Positions 62,536 to 64,000 of a DNA stretch of 64,000 nucleotides are shown in pieces (the stretch's first letter is position 1; each line of letters opens with the position of its first letter). Location of the stretch: contig OZ176052.1 in the NCBI GenBank assembly GCA_964247055.1, forward strand, positions 372,001 through 436,000. Reading direction: 5' to 3'. Position numbers and translations under genes: made by a program. The notes beneath the pieces are model-generated. The model saw nothing but the letters and a program-made list of their open reading frames with translations, made no database searches and was not told the DNA's origin. This stretch comes from Paragordius varius (lineage: Eukaryota > Animalia > Nematomorpha).

Positions 62536-63672
62536 TAAAATTTTAAAATAATTTAAATTTTTAAATGTGGGCTCCGAAAGTCTGAAATTTTTAGGCTTTT
62601 CTAAAATGGGCTAATTTCCTAAAAATAAACGCAAAAATTCCGATACTGCGCTCTAAAAATAAATGTATGCTAAATTTTGAAATCAATTTAAAATATTAAT
62701 AAAAAATGCAAGCATTTTCCCAAAATTGAATTAATAACAAAATTATGTTAAAGCGTTCACACTAGCCGTTATAAAAAGCAAGAATTTTAAGAGTTTAAAA
62801 AACACTTTTTCTCCATATTGATGATACTGAACATTTCTATTACTTAACTTTGATTAAAATATCTTTCTGTAAGTTAAATATATATTGTGTTTTACAAAAT
62901 CACCCAAATTTGAAAGCAAAACCTTTAAATAAAATCTGAAGCGATAAATGTTCAGTCTTATCGATTTAAATAGAAAAAGTGTTTTTATAATATAGCGTTT
63001 TTATACCGTTTCCATCATGCCTTAATTAACTTTTTGGAATACCAATTTTTCGGATGTTAAACTTTAGCTATTTAAAGGTTCTGTCACGCAATCTAGAACT
63101 AAGTTTTTTTCGTTTATTATAAGAGAACTAGACCATTTTAGAAGGGGCAAAATAGATATGGATTGGCCCACTTATGGATAATCTTAAAAAATTTATTAAA
63201 TTTTTATTAACAATTGCAAATTCAATGGCTAAAAAGTTAATACACAAAAAATTAATTATTATGGCAATTAAAGAACAATAAGAATATTACAAGGAAATGC
63301 CTCATGAACATAACATTTAATAATTTAAAATAAACATAGCGAAAAAATAAAAAATTTATGAGTTTATAAATAAATACTGTAAGAAATTCACGATAATAAA
63401 AATGGTGGCAGCATTGTTGCAAAATATGTAGGGCCATGTAAATGAGCCGGGTAACAGGCGCATTAAAAACGGATATCTAGGGAATTATAAAGTATTTTTG
63501 GGTCTGAAAACTGTGTTATCTTAATTAAAGTAAATTTAAAATGTGTATGGTATGTTATGGAATATTTGAACATGTATTAATAATTATTTTTCAAACAAGC
63601 GTGCAATGGTAGATATAATTTTTTGTTTACAATTTATATTTTAAGCCTTAAATAAAAATTTAAGTTAATGTA

Positions 63673-63971
63673 CCATTTGCGAATGCACCCTTAAACAATT
63701 CAAATTGCCCTTCGAACAATTTAAATTTACCCTAAAAATGAATTATGTGTTTTTAAACTATAATATAATTATTATTAATATGAAATATATCTTTATGGCA
63801 TAGTTTATTTTTTTTCAATATTATTTTAATTTCAAACATAATTTCATTTTTCAAAATTTGTATAAAATATAGGTAAATTTTAATCTTAAACAACATATAA
63901 TTTATTTAAGGGTGTATTTGAATTGTTCAAGGGTGAATTTGAATTGTTTAAGGGTGAATTTGAATAAATGG
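63673..63971. mobile_element. MITE with subterminal ~21-bp repeats
   Basis: TA|CCATTT...AAATGG|TA; three AAGGGTGAATTTGAATTGTT-like units at the right end and inverted counterparts at the left. Confidence 0.75.
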
Positions 63972-64000
63972 TATATTTAAAAAAACATTCTAACCCTGTG

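Noticed and set aside
63900-63971. Telomere-like TTAAGGG repeats
   Set aside because: They are 21-bp units within a MITE, mirrored at its other end.

Overview
AT-rich eukaryotic (metazoan) DNA, almost entirely repeats and transposon debris; species not identifiable from sequence. Main structures: (1) a diverged palindrome of at least 20 kb (~466-20765, centre ~12035-12255) with duplicated PRD-homeobox pseudo-exons and a 5.2-kb Tc1/mariner-type foldback element in one arm only; (2) a disrupted protein kinase D-like gene (minus) head-to-head with an apparently intact Q50 paired-like homeobox gene (plus); (3) a U2 snRNA gene split by a near-intact RLE-type non-LTR retrotransposon (Utopia-type), with further decayed relatives, two of which are followed by U2 3' halves; (4) two hAT (Blackjack-like) elements that each carry an inverted, internally deleted copy of their own transposase; (5) a Mag-like Ty3/gypsy element with nested hAT insertions, a Charlie-like hAT, and several MITE families. 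No rRNA, tRNA or CRISPR seen. Identity values are by-eye estimates, not computed; approximate boundaries are marked ~.
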